DNA of 64,000 nucleotides from Lophium mytilinum (lineage: Eukaryota). The stretch covers positions 620,001 through 684,000 of the forward strand of contig MU004183.1 of NCBI GenBank assembly GCA_010093605.1, given 5' to 3'. Below the pieces are notes generated by a model, which did not search any database, had not been told where the DNA came from, and saw nothing but the letters and a program-made list of their open reading frames with translations. Both the position numbers and the translations under genes were made by a program. Below are positions 24,376-38,900 of this stretch, one piece after another. The stretch's first letter is position 1; the number at the start of each line of letters is the position of its first letter.

Positions 24376-27300
24376 CTACTCAACCATAACCCACTCCGCA
24401 ACCGTCGCCCCACCCCCCGTATAATTCGTCGTCCCCGCCACCCCCCACAGCAGCAAATGCGCCCACCGCCTCGTCACCACGGGCGCCTCCAGCGTCACAT
24501 TCGTCGTATTCGCGCCAATCCGCTCCAACACCGCCACCCTCCCCGCATCATACGGCGCGCTAATACTCACATTCCCCTGCGCCGTCACATTCGTCAGCGA
24601 CGCGCTCGGCGCATCCCCCAGCGCCGTGTAGCTCGCCGCCGCATCGAACGGCAGGAAGAGCTCGAGGCCCAGCGAAGCCGCGTCGGCGGTGTCGGAGAAG
24701 ACGACGGCGAACATCTGCGGCGGGCGCGCGCCCCAATCGAAGCGCAGCTCCGTGATGGTTGCGGTGGTCCCCCCGCGGGCGGCGAGGTCGACGGTCAGCA
24801 CGGCGGTGGCGTTGCCGAGGGCGGGCTGCCATTTTGTGCTGGCGGCGCCGTCGATGGCGGCGATGGGGAGTTGGCCTGGGATGTAGGCTTGGGAGGACGT
24901 GGCGGGGATGCATTGGAGGATGTTGCCGGGTACGGTGGCGTTTTGGCCGATGAGGCGGTTGGAGAGGGTGTGGGTTTCGTTGGCGGCGATAGTGGTGTTG
25001 ATGTGGTCGCCGTGGGTGCCGAGGGAGATGGGGATCGGGGTGGAGGCGTAGGTGGAGTTGGCTTTGGAGAGGGCGCGGGAGTTGGCGAGGCGCGTGAGGT
25101 TGGTGTGGGTTTGGTTGGAGGTGGCGGAGAAGGCGTAGCCTTGCCAGTAGAAGGTGCGGTATTTGATGTAGGGGATTTGAGGGGGTAGTGATGGGTCGAT
25201 GTCGAGGCGATCGGGGAAGATGCGGAGACCTAGGTAGCCGAAGATGGCGACGCGGTTGGCGCCCCCCATCCCGGTGAGGAAGGGATAGGCTGGGTGGGTG
25301 CCGCCGTTGTCTTGGAAGTTGTCTCCAAGCTGCTCAGAGAATTGGTACCAGGGAGCTCTGACGTAGGGCTCTACGCCGACTAGATTGTACGTATAGGATG
25401 AGCATCCCGAGGGAGAAACCTCGTTTGCAACGATACTGAAGACGCCGTAGGTCATTCCAGGGCCAGTGGTGGATTGCTTCGCGGCGTAATAGTCGAGATC
25501 GGAAAGGGAGTAGTTGTTGGGGTAGTCTAAGATGTCGTCTATCAGGATGACATCTGCTTGTTTGACATTTATCGACCCGTTCATAGTGCCATACTCCAAT
25601 ATGATGCCTACTTCGTTGTTGGTAGGGAGAACTATGTTCCCCGCGAGCTCTGTCCAGCTGTCATTCGGAGGGAGCCCAAACCATTCACTCAGAACGTTCG
25701 ATTCATTCAAATGTTTCTGTATTAGTGCAGTTGTGAAGCCGACGCGGTCGACATTGTTCGCATATTCATCCGGGTCCGTGGCGTTCAGGAGCTCGTATTT
25801 GCCGGTAGTTTTGTTCAAATCCATCAGCTCCGAGTAGAAATACGCGATAGCGTTATAAATGGGAAGTAAATCTTCTTCAAAGTAGTCCCGATCTCCAGAA
25901 GTCGAGTAGTAGTTGTACATTTGCTTCCCGATATCGCCGTTTATATGGTACTCGTAATCGAAGCAAGGGCCGGTTCCTGTGCAGTTTCCCCAGCGGCCAC
26001 TAGTCCACGGGTAAACCGCACCGCCGTTCGAGAACTTTCCGGTTGGATTTTGGGAGGATGAATAGGCCATCTTGACATTTTCCTGCGCTTGCGGGTATTT
26101 CTCCTTGCGGTAGTTGGTGATCTGCTTGATGTGGTGTGGATGAGACATGTCCAGGCCGGGAGCCATCCATATCTCGGCATCCCAGAAGATCAGACCGGCG
26201 TAGGAGTCAGACCCAAGGCCGCCCACAGAGATGCTGTTGATATCGAGCTTTTTGTTGCCGCCGGCAGCTTCAACGGCGTTTGGTCCTACTGTATTTTGAA
26301 GTATGTAGAACGGGCTGGTGACTGAAGTGATCTGCAATAACCAGGTGTCATTGTTGGGTGGCGTATCATCACCAGGAACAATGTAGTTGTCGACAGAGTC
26401 TTCAGGCAGGATGCTATTCCATTCCTTGATGTGGGAATCGAGTAAAGATCCGAATCCGGTCTTGGCCCCTGAGAGCGATGCGAACCGTGCTACGTCCTGC
26501 GGATCGTCAAAAGCGTCGTGAGAAGCACCACCGATGTGCTTTTCAACTACAGCCGTTTCGTGTGCACGTAGCTTGAATTCAATGGCTTGAGCTATAGTGG
26601 AAGCATTGCCGGAGCTATAGTCGAGAAACGGACTAGGCGTGACAGACCCTACGCAACCATTGGTTTTCAGAGTTGAGTAGATGTATGCCGTGATGTTGTC
26701 GATTCCATTTGGCCGTACCGCAGTCCAGATAGTCTTGGTTTCTGGCTCGTAGTCCTTGTGTACGAAGTCCGCTCTCACCGCAGAAGTTCCGTCAAGTATG
26801 TCGATGACCTTGACATCAGTGTCACTGGTTGCCGAAAGCTCCACCTGCACTGCGGCCTGGTTGACGTAGAGTTTGTGCACGAACATGGTATATGTGATGT
26901 TAATATCAGTTCCGTCGGCCGGCGTCCAAGTATAGCTCCACTTTAATAGTCCCTTTCTGATGTCCAGCGTAGAGGCATAGTTTCGAATGGAGTCTGGGTT
27001 CACCGTAGAGTTCAATGTTTGGTTGTTGATTTCTAGTATCAACCCGCCCCAGTGAGGCACTCCACTGATCACACTCTCGGCACCATATTGATTCAGCCAC
27101 TCATAATTGGTGCCATTAGTGGTGGGCTGAGTGTCGTAGAAGCCGGCTATAGTAGCAAAGGTCTGGCGGCTGTTGAAGAGAGGCCAGCCACTGATACTGT
27201 CGCCGGCGACGGGCACATCGACTTCGAAAAATGGTCCAACAGCGGCGACGTTTATGCCTAGATAGCCGTTTGCTAAGGACATGCGGGATTGGTAGTGGCC

Positions 27301-27441
27301 CATATCCAGGGTCTTGGTCGTAAGGGTCCATTGGTCATTGTTCCACGTATCACCGGACTCGGCCGTGAAGTTTGCTGCCAACGTCGCACTCAATCCACCA
27401 AGCACGAATGCGAGGCTTCGGAGAGGCGTAGAACGGCGCAT
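24376..27441 (-). CDS. ATH1: Acid trehalase, glycoside hydrolase family 65, secreted
   Basis: Signal peptide; SLANGYLG, GLGSDSYAGLIFWDAEIWM, DYEYHINGDI, TDPDEYAN, VKQADV and PAYPFLTG.GG; 1021 aa, intronless. Confidence 0.93.
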   Translation of the reverse strand: MRRSTPLRSLAFVLGGLSATLAANFTAESGDTWNNDQWTLTTKTLDMGHYQSRMSLANGYLGINVAAVGPFFEVDVPVAGDSISGWPLFNSRQTFATIAGFYDTQPTTNGTNYEWLNQYGAESVISGVPHWGGLILEINNQTLNSTVNPDSIRNYASTLDIRKGLLKWSYTWTPADGTDINITYTMFVHKLYVNQAAVQVELSATSDTDVKVIDILDGTSAVRADFVHKDYEPETKTIWTAVRPNGIDNITAYIYSTLKTNGCVGSVTPSPFLDYSSGNASTIAQAIEFKLRAHETAVVEKHIGGASHDAFDDPQDVARFASLSGAKTGFGSLLDSHIKEWNSILPEDSVDNYIVPGDDTPPNNDTWLLQITSVTSPFYILQNTVGPNAVEAAGGNKKLDINSISVGGLGSDSYAGLIFWDAEIWMAPGLDMSHPHHIKQITNYRKEKYPQAQENVKMAYSSSQNPTGKFSNGGAVYPWTSGRWGNCTGTGPCFDYEYHINGDIGKQMYNYYSTSGDRDYFEEDLLPIYNAIAYFYSELMDLNKTTGKYELLNATDPDEYANNVDRVGFTTALIQKHLNESNVLSEWFGLPPNDSWTELAGNIVLPTNNEVGIILEYGTMNGSINVKQADVILIDDILDYPNNYSLSDLDYYAAKQSTTGPGMTYGVFSIVANEVSPSGCSSYTYNLVGVEPYVRAPWYQFSEQLGDNFQDNGGTHPAYPFLTGMGGANRVAIFGYLGLRIFPDRLDIDPSLPPQIPYIKYRTFYWQGYAFSATSNQTHTNLTRLANSRALSKANSTYASTPIPISLGTHGDHINTTIAANETHTLSNRLIGQNATVPGNILQCIPATSSQAYIPGQLPIAAIDGAASTKWQPALGNATAVLTVDLAARGGTTATITELRFDWGARPPQMFAVVFSDTADAASLGLELFLPFDAAASYTALGDAPSASLTNVTAQGNVSISAPYDAGRVAVLERIGANTTNVTLEAPVVTRRWAHLLLWGVAGTTNYTGGGATVAEWVMVE

Positions 27442-28557
27442 GTTCTAGGCTGTGGGGGTGGGTTGCTGGGTGTGCGGGTCAACCAGATGCTCAAAGAAAA
27501 AAGTAGATGGACGGCAGGAGCATGTGAGAAAGCAGGGGTAGATATAGGAAATAGCGCAAGGCGGGGACCTTCCGGCGTACTGTGTATGTACAAGTCCTGC
27601 AGACGGAGAGTGAATGGGTTTAAATACCTGGGCGGAGTGACTAGTTCGTGCTACCGATACATAGGCCAATTGCACCTGTTGTGCTCCCTAGAACAGCCCA
27701 AGGAAGCAAGAGCTCAATGCCTTCCAATGCCTCCACTTCAGTCAAAGGTCAAGTCTCTGCCAATTCGCGAAGTCGTTTGCGAAACTCAGTCGCATCCGAT
27801 GTTAGATGCGAGAGCAACCGCAGGGTAAGTCCACCGACGCGCTGAAAGGAAATTAGACGCAGAAAAGCACTCAGAACAAGCTATAGTAACAAGACAAGCG
27901 GCGCGTCAGCTAACAAGAGCGTGCCCGCTGTCCATATAGCCGGTGCCCAACAAGCTCTGAAAAAGATGATGCACGTCAGTGGTCCGTCCACCGCCTCCCC
28001 CAGCTTTTTCCACCCATGACCTGCTGGAGGATCGCGCAACTCGGGCCTCGCCGCTTTGTCCTGCCCCTCTGGGCGTACGTTCCTGCAGATCGCGCCTTTG
28101 AGCCGTTGAGTAGCCGGAGTTGAGTAAGAACGAAGACAACGGCCAAGAGATTCCAAGGTTGAGAGGCTGCAAACCCCGCAATTTGGCACGCCACGCGCCG
28201 GACGCTTTCCGCTTTCCGGGGATTGGGAACGCCACTGACGGCAGATGAGGGCGGGCAGGGCGGGCAGGGAATCATGGTACTCGGGAACGGCTTCAGACTT
28301 CATTACGTTAGCAGTGAAGACGGCATGCCGTGCCGGGTCGATGTGAGTTTGGACGTCCCGAGTCGAGGATGAAGGTGAATTATGGACCCTTCCTTCCCAC
28401 TTACCTGACCACAGGACCAAGACCCGTCTCCATGCTCCTCGAGCCAGGTTCACTACAAAGCTTGGCTAGGTGACATGGCAGAAATATCACTCTTGCAGGT
28501 GCATTGCAGGTGCAGCTTCAGACGATACAAGGCGGGGACTTCGTACTACTTTATTTC

Positions 28558-30350
28558 TTAATATCTAATCCCGGCTACACTATATCGCCATGCTTTGGGC
28601 TTCCATCCTGGTTGCATCTGAGCTCTGGGTCTTGTGGGATCTAGAACTACGTTGCTAGCCTTGCAGAGGGCTTGCAGCTGAAAATTCCGGAAGTAACACG
28701 TGACGTGTGAACACCAGCATTTAGGGTTTTCTCCAGCCCGTAAAAGATCACGTCCAGATCCCATATAGCCATTTTCGGTCCTGAAAAGGCATCGATTCCA
28801 TAGTTTGCATGCGACGTATGCTCGGTAAAGCTGCCACACTCCTTCCGTTTCAGTTTCGAAATCAGAGTACGAATCCGGGCTTTCCCCCCCGGCTTTCATC
28901 AACTCGATAACAAATTGGCAGAAATCGACAGCACGCTCGCTGTCGTCATCATGGAAAGTTCCCTCCGCTCCGCCAACTAGATATCTTCCGTAGGCGAGAA
29001 TGGTTGAACTGCATATATATTTGTTTACGGCCTTTGCGTTTTTCCGGATAAATGTGAGGAGGGGATGGTTTTCAATGTCGGCGAAATACAACTCAGGAGA
29101 TGACCAATAGCTGTAGTCGCTCTCGAGTCGAGTTTGAATGGAGTCCACACAGACTCCAGTTGATATCATATAGTCCCCAGAGAATACAGTTTGGACAGAA
29201 GAGCTGCGGCTGGCATCATACAGACCACGAGAAAAGTTGGAAGGATGAAAGAGCGGACTTATACATATTTCCTTGTCCCATTGCGCAACCCACGTTGGAT
29301 ACTTCAATGAAATGCCGCCAGAATGTTGAACGAAAGAAAGGGCGTCTAGGTTACCCTGTTGCTCTACTGAAAGCCTTGCGACTTGTTGGAAGAGTGACTG
29401 ATGGCCTTTTGTATAATCTGGAACTATGGCTTGGCTCATGGATTCGAGAGCGGGCAAGCCAAACATACCATAGACATGATCAGCTGGCAAGGACGCCTTG
29501 AATTTCCCACCCTCGTGGAGAGTGCCAAGCATACATAGCTGATGATGATTGTGGTAGTTCAGATACTCGACATGAGATATGAAGATAGTTCGGCGTAGCC
29601 AGACTTGGATCCAGGTTGTTGTCATGATTACATGAAGCCAGGAAACCTGGAAGGTGCCGAATAGAATCAGCACGCTGCTGCCAGCGCTGACCTCCTGTAT
29701 GACCCAACGCCGTGAAAACCAGGGCAGGCTGACAAATTGCGTAAAGCTTTTTGCGCGATTTCGTTGCTACAGCCACTGAATTTCAATGTATCGAAGGAAG
29801 ACAAATCGTTATGGCTAGGCATGGTATCATACATGTCCTCTTGCGAAAAATCTTTAACCGATCACCCGGACCATTCGCAGCGGAATTTGACAATATTGTC
29901 GATTGCCTGAACAGCCCTCTCTGCTAGGCCATCATCGTCTCGCCCGAGCCTGACAAGAACACGGGTTGCGCGTGTGTAGATTCGTCTCGTGTTGGAGACT
30001 TGGATAGCTTTGTCTTCTTCATTTCCTTGATCAATGCAAATAGAGTCTGCCCACAATAGTCTTAAGTGGTCGGGGAAGCGCATCTGACGGAGGCCATCGA
30101 GAAGATTCTGTGGCACGAGGATAGACCTCCCATCATGGGGAATCCAGACTCTTTCTGCAGGGTTTCCTCATGTGTAGGACAACGCTTCATACTTAGGCGG
30201 ATTGTTCCAGTTGGCGGCGACGAAGCGGAATACCAGCTCATCATCATTTTCCCCAGGCAGCAGTTCGAGTAGGCGAAATGATGATCCAGGCGGGAGACGT
30301 TTATAGTGAAACCGTCGTGCTCCTTGGGCAGCTTCCTGGAGGCGCTTCAT
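28558..30350 (-). pseudogene. HET-domain (HET-6-like) heterokaryon incompatibility pseudogene
   Basis: FRLLELLPG..PKYEALSYT*G (TGA at 30168-30170 in place of conserved Trp); same frame continues LWADSICIDQ..EDKAIQV..RIY..A.RVLV.LG to a second stop at 29862; downstream fragment DHVYGMFGL/VPDY/PTWV..W/LFRTENGYMG is truncated. Confidence 0.85.
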
Positions 30351-31071
30351 GCCTTGCGATAGTGACTAGCTACGTGTTTGTAACGGGACTGCTTCTGAGA
30401 GTGCTGTTTAGCTCTTGAAGTGGTACTCCTGTAGCAACCGTTTGTCTAGATGTATGGCCTTTTACTGTACACTACAACATGAAACGAAAAAAGACTGTGT
30501 GTGATGTGATGTGAAAGTTAAAAAAGGCTTGTGTGAACGGATTCAGCTCCTGTGAAGAAGTCTCAGGACCAAGGCTGAGCAGCGCAGCCTAGGTGGGGCC
30601 TGCATTGCTACCAAGGTGGCATAGGACGGTTCTGTCAGGCTGTTCATCTTGTAGCTGAAGTGACGAAAGAGAGGCGCAGAGAAGCACGGCTCTTAGACAC
30701 GTACGCGACGATAGCGGTTCCTAATTACTGGTCAAGTACGATGGGGCCAATGTCTGAGCACAGAAGGGAGAACAGGATGGGTTCATTGGAGGGAAGTCCT
30801 GGGAAGGGAGCCTGGGAGCGCCAAGGCTTTTCACACGAGACGACACCTTTTCAGTCAATATCGTTGTATACGTATTTAGAGCTCCAACACCAACCTCAAG
30901 CCCACGCCCTTTTCTCGAAACCGGAAACTAGACGTAATTTCACGTCTGCTGAGCCCCCATTCGATTGTCACACCAGAGCCTAGCCTCGCCCGCGACCTGA
31001 CGAACCTATCCACGATCTTGCCTGCCTCACCCAAACCAACCGGACCATCACCCTCCCAGCACCCGGCCACT

Positions 31072-32213
31072 ATGGCCTCCTACGGTTACAATCAAGCTCC
31101 GCCTTATGGCGCCCCTGCCCCAGGCGCCCAGAACCTGCAATTCTACCCGTCGTCCTTCAGCAACCAGCCCGTGTCGGGCCACTCCACACCTTTCCAAGCC
31201 GGCTACGGCACGTCATCCACACAGGCGTACCCCGCGAACTATGGCGCTGGCTTTGGGGGTGTCGCAGGTAGAATGGGAGACAACAGCGGAGGGCTAAGAA
31301 CGGGGTGGTTGGCCGCGTTTGGAACCGAGGGGTATGAGGGGGAGCCGCCGTTATTGTACGTCTTTTCTCCAAGCTTTCACCCTCGAAGCATTGGGTGCTC
31401 GAGCTATCGTCAGGCTTGTGGCAAGACTTGCACAAAACCTGGGCGCCGTAAAAAACAGTGGCTAACGTATTTGCGTTCTAGAGAAGAGCTAGGCGTCAAC
31501 TTTGCACATATCCAGGAGAAGACACTGACGGTGTTGAACCCATTTGGGAGGATAAACCAGCACATCATGGATGATTCAGACTTGGCAGGACCGGTGCTGT
31601 TCTTTCTCTTATTCGGGACGTTTCTGCTACTATCGGGGAAGGTGCATTTTGGATACATATACGGTAAGCTATTTTCTCCTAGATCCGCAATGTATAGGAC
31701 CTCACCTTGGTCACTACGTGCGAAACAATCCCTACCACCCTCTCCTCTCATCCATACCAATCTAAAACGCTAACACAACCCACAGGCCTCGCCCTCCTAG
31801 GCAGCATATCCCTCCACACAATCCTCTCCCTCATGTCACCCCCTCTCGACGCCTCGACCGCGGCCCCAACACCCCACGACCTCGCCCAACGCCCCTCGCA
31901 CTTCTCCTCCACCCTCACCTTCCCCCGCTCCGCCTCGGTCCTGGGCTACTGCCTCCTCCCACTCGTCCTGACCTCCCTCATCGGCATCATCGCGCCCATG
32001 GACACCCTCTTCGGCTACGCCCTCACCGCCCTAGCCATCGCATGGTGCACGTATAGCTCGTCGGCAATGTTCTGCGTGGTGGGGCGAATGAGCAGCATGC
32101 GCGGGCTGGTTGCGTACCCCATGGTGCTATTTTACGGGAGTTTCGGGATCATGGCAATCTTCAGTAGCAGGGGAACGGGGGCGGTGGTCGCGGCGAAGGT
32201 CGCCGGGGGTTGA
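31072..32213 (+). CDS. YIP1: Yip1-family ER-Golgi membrane protein (3 exons)
   Basis: [61 protein letters not shown]. Confidence 0.93.
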
Positions 32214-32912
32214 GGAACGCACCAAGGACCAGCAGCGGTGTGGATTAGAGTGCGGATGAGTGAGAGAGGATTGGTGGAGGTTTGAGCGGATATGGAGTTG
32301 TGTAATGAATAGATGGCTGAACGTATATGCATAGGCAAGCGACGCTTGTGGCATTAAACATTGCCGTAATAGTGCACCTCGAACTCCGCGAGACGTTGGC
32401 TGGTCGAACGAGACTTTTCCCAGTGTCGCAAAACGTATGTGATTGTATCTACAATATACCCGCCCGCCAAAAAAACACCCAAAATCAACAGCCACTGTAC
32501 CCCTATTGTCACCCCGTCTTTGCACCTATATGCCAAAAACAGCATGCTCGTGACGTACCGAAAGCAGCAGAGCAGAAGAAAGCAGCGATCCTGACCAAAG
32601 CGCGCCATCCCATTCCATCCCATCTCTCCTCCCTCTCATCCCCTTCCCAGACGTTTCAAAACACACAAAAACACCCCAACCACCACGCATCAAGCAACAC
32701 GCTCAAAACCATCATATCGTCATTCCAATGGATGCCATATCGATCATCATTCTCAAAAAACACACACAAAGGGGTCGCTCTCAAGCCAAGCCAAACCCAG
32801 CGCAAAGCCAGAATAAACCGACCATACGACAGGCTTTCCATGCATGTCATTTCATCTCATCAAACCCTCTCCAAAGCCCACCCACATACCCCTTCTAGCG
32901 GCCCGCCCGCCA

Positions 32913-35003
<2,091 letters not shown>

Positions 35004-35984
35004 CTTGCAGGATTCCCCGCCACGGGTTGGGTTCGCGATAGGGTGTGGAGGAGCGGTCAGGGCGATCAAGCGATCGAGGGGCGACGATCGAGCCTCATGG
35101 ACTCGCGGGCGAGGATGCGGTATGGGGGGTGAGCTTGGGAGGGGGGTTGGCGTGTGGTGGTGAGGTGGGGAGCACCAATTCTCAATTGCTTGAGGGTCGG
35201 GCTGGTCTTAGCCGCTCGTCTCGTCGGGCCTATCCCAGCACTGGGTCCCCTGATTGGCGTAGGCGGGGTGTTTGGGCACAGCGGGAAGCGCGCTCTTCAT
35301 TCACACGCGGTTGTCGGGGCGGCGAGGGCGTCGTCTAGTGAGGGTGAATAGGGGCACGAAGGGTGCGTTGGAGGCCGCTGGCAGGGCAATGCAATAGTAG
35401 ACGTCAGAAGCGCGAGACTGGAGCCGTCAGGGTGCAGGCGTGGCCGTGAGCAGGTCCGGAAAGCTGGGGAACGATGATGCAACCGCCGCTGTGGATGGAG
35501 CACCGGGACGCAGGTTTCTAGAAGTCGAGCCACCCGCAAGAGCTGCGCCTTCGTGGGCCAAGGGAGAGCACTGTACCTAGCGAGAGATGGCAGCGATGGT
35601 TGTAATAGAGCTGTGCGGCAAACAACTTTGCTTGTCTGCGAGCATTTCATCACTGTGGCTTGTCACGCAATGCCTCTCCTTTCATCGGACTCCAGCCCGA
35701 CGTCGGCTTCCGCTTCACCAGCCTTGCTCAATTGCTATTCCCGAAGAACGCACCGGTGAATGTGGGCCTGAGTAGACAACTATGTAAGAAATCGAGCACG
35801 TAGTCCGATGACAATCGAGCATGTAGTCTGATAAAGTCTCCCTGCTTGAGCATATTAACACGATCCGAGACACTCAGACTGCTCAAAGAATCGGCTCTGT
35901 ACGACGTGTCTTCATTGGGTATCTATTCGAGACGTGATGCCATCCCCTAACCGTTGCGGTGATCTAAAAACACAAAATGCAAAG

Positions 35985-38900
35985 CTACTCCGAGTCGCTA
36001 TCAATCACAAAGCCAGCCCTCATCCTCCTCGCAACAGGCCGCCGCACTGGAGCGATATCGTCGTCGTCTTCATCATCGTCATCCGCCATCTCCGCATCAT
36101 CTGTTACAGGTACAGTAGCTTTTGATACCAGCCCTGAAACATCCTCATCACTGACCTGTCCTGCTTCGTGGTGCTGAGATGAGATGGGCGTGTCAGTATT
36201 TTCCTCCTCATCGCTTGCCAGTCTATCACTCATGGCAACCGACGAGGCCCTGCTGCTAACGCCAATCACATCCTCCTCACTCTCATTCTCTTCCGAGTCT
36301 GAAGACGCCCCCTTTCGCTTCTTCCGACCTTTCGTCGGTTCAGCAGCTGACTTCCGCTTCTTCGACGCGGGTTTCTTGCTCTTCTCCGTACTGATGCCCT
36401 TGACATGATCTCTCCCCGTTGCCTTCCTCAACTCCTCCTCCCTCTCAAAGAATATTCTGTCTCTTTCCTCATCTGAGTCGTCGTCCGAGTCGTGAACAAA
36501 CATCGTGCTCTTGTGCTTCGCTTGCTTTTCGAGGTCTTTCAATCGTCTGGCCTCTTTCCGTCGCTCCTTTTCTTCATCGTCAAGCTCTCGCGGCGTTCCA
36601 CTCCGTCGTCTCCGCCTACGACGTTTCTTCAGCTCCTCTAGAGCATCTGACTTGGTGGCTGTGGGGCCCAGAGCGCCATACTCCCCATGATCCTCGCTCT
36701 GGGACCCACCAGCACCCTCGGAATCGTCGTCGAACGAAGCGCGTCTCCTACGGGCAGCTGCCTTGCTTCGCAGGAAGTCTTCGGCTGCCTTACCATCTTC
36801 ATAAATAGGAGGATCGAACTCGAACTTCTGTATTAGGTTCACAGCCTCCTTCAAGTCAGAAGCAGTCAGTGTGTGCGGGATTATCCAATTGGCTTCCATA
36901 TCGGTATCGAGACCAAGCCTTAGGAAGCCGAGCAATGTCATAAGGAGCCGGAGTTTGTTGTCCTTATACAGGGCGATCCGGCGCTCTTCATTGTCGGGTT
37001 TTATGACTGTAATGCTATTAGTCTCGAATTAGAGAAAGCTGGAAGACAGTTCTTACCAATTGGGGGTGCTTTAGGACCCTCCTCGTCTTCTGGCACGGCC
37101 GGTGCTTCGTCACCTTCAATAGATGGCTGAGCCTCAGACTCGGCCATTGCTTTTCTCCCGTCTTCCATGTCCTCCCAGCTCTTCCGCTCATCAGCAGCCG
37201 AGGACATGATGTCCTTCAGCCACTTGAGAGCATCGGACTTTGCCTGGTTGAGTAGAACACCCACAGCCACCCCAATCTGATCAGCCTTCTCCATCCCGCC
37301 CTTGACTTCCAGCTCCGCCGGAGCACGAGGCGTTCGAGTAACCACTTCTTTGTCGTAACCGTGTTGCAAATAGTAGGTTGTAGCGTTGATCTTGCTGAAA
37401 AGCATTTCAACCACGAGTTCTGGCCGCTCCTGGATCTTCTTCACAGCTGTCCTGAAGAAGTGCTTCACAAACTCTTCCCACTCCTTGAAAGCTGGAAGAT
37501 CGGGATCTAGCCCTTCAGGCCCTTTGATCATCTTGTTGAACAGCTGAAGTATGTCGACCCGGTAGAGAAAAACACTCATGTCCACTTTGAATGCAACCTT
37601 GTAGAAGAACCGGTGGGCACGCTTCAGTTGCTCCACATTCAAATCGTTGTAGAACCGCGTAAACGAGACGAAGGTATTGACACAACTCTGGTTCATGAAT
37701 TTCGCTGCGAACCGGGCAAAGTCGAACTTCCGTTCGCTGGTGGTCCGCTGGGCTTCCTGAAGCTCTTCATTTTCCGAGACAACTGCATCATCGCGGTTTT
37801 CTTCCCCCTCTTCTGGTTGTACAGGAACCTTGCGCTTCTTTCGTGCCCGTCGCCGTGATCGCACCTGTAAGTCAAGATTTTGTTTCGAGTAGCGTTCGAG
37901 CATCCGGAGGAAGACATGGGAAAGCTCCGTACAAGCATCTAAGTAGCCAAATCCCTGGTCTTTATAGCCCCGTAGAATGGCAATGATACGTTCATGTGTT
38001 GACTCTTCGTAGAAAATGCGGTTTTGGATGTTTTCTGCGATCTCTTGATCCTCTTCCAGGGCCGCTTCGGACATCTCCTGCACTGTGTGAAGAATTTGCG
38101 TAAAGCATTTCATGCCCGCATTCAAATCTTGCCAGGTTTTCTCATCCATACTTCTTTGCATAAACCGGTTGAGGAGAATGAAGGTTTCCTGGTTCATGAC
38201 CCCGGCAATAAGACCGAAACTTTCGTCCTCTGCTGTGATTGCTGTCGGATCGTTCGACTTTGCGAACTTCTCTTTGATCTGACGGCGACGCGCGCATTCG
38301 GCTCGCAGGAACCACGAGATAAGATAGAAGTATTGGCGAGAGTGGCGCGATTCCACACGCTCCTCCTCGCGTTCAATTGCTCTCCGAAGGTGGATAAATA
38401 GAGGGTTGAAAGACGAATCCAGGAAGTCCTCAACGAAGGCTTTTAGATGTTTCCGTCCAGAAGACGTTAGTGGAACTGGCAGGTCGAATTCCTCTCGACT
38501 AGCCTCGTCGTCCTTTCTAGGACCCCGGTTGCGTGGCTTGTTCCACTTCTTGGTCTTGTCCATCTTTTGCATGCTGACCTGAGCCTTTCCGAGAACGTCT
38601 TGGCCAGAGATGGTGGATACGCGCTCGTCGTCCCTCTTCACCCAGATCATTGTCCCGAATCGATTGTGCCTAGTAGGAGCATGGCGGGCGTACCCAGCAA
38701 GCATAGCCTTCTCTTTCTGAATCAAGTCTTTCAGCTCCTCGGTATTCTTGGTCGAAAGCTTCTTCTCTTCCATAAACAGCTTCTCAGCATCCACACCCTT
38801 CACTAGGTGGAACAGTATCTCTAGAACTACGACATCTTGCAGGACGAACTCATCCCCCATGCTCGAGGATATGGTGAGAAGCATCTGGAAGATGTCCTGG

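Noticed and set aside
24457..25188. Long antisense or alternate-frame ORFs (also 16020-16728, 53079-53780, 61214-62155)
   Set aside because: Shadow ORFs caused by extreme GC/skewed codon usage of the real genes; low-complexity Arg/Pro/Gly translations.
27881..28453. 190-aa ORF upstream of ATH1
   Set aside because: Non-ATG start, no recognisable domain, overlapping ORFs in several frames; likely promoter sequence.
35790..35835. 23-bp tandem duplication aatcgagca.gtagtc.gat
   Set aside because: Real but short and typical of slippage; no further structure.
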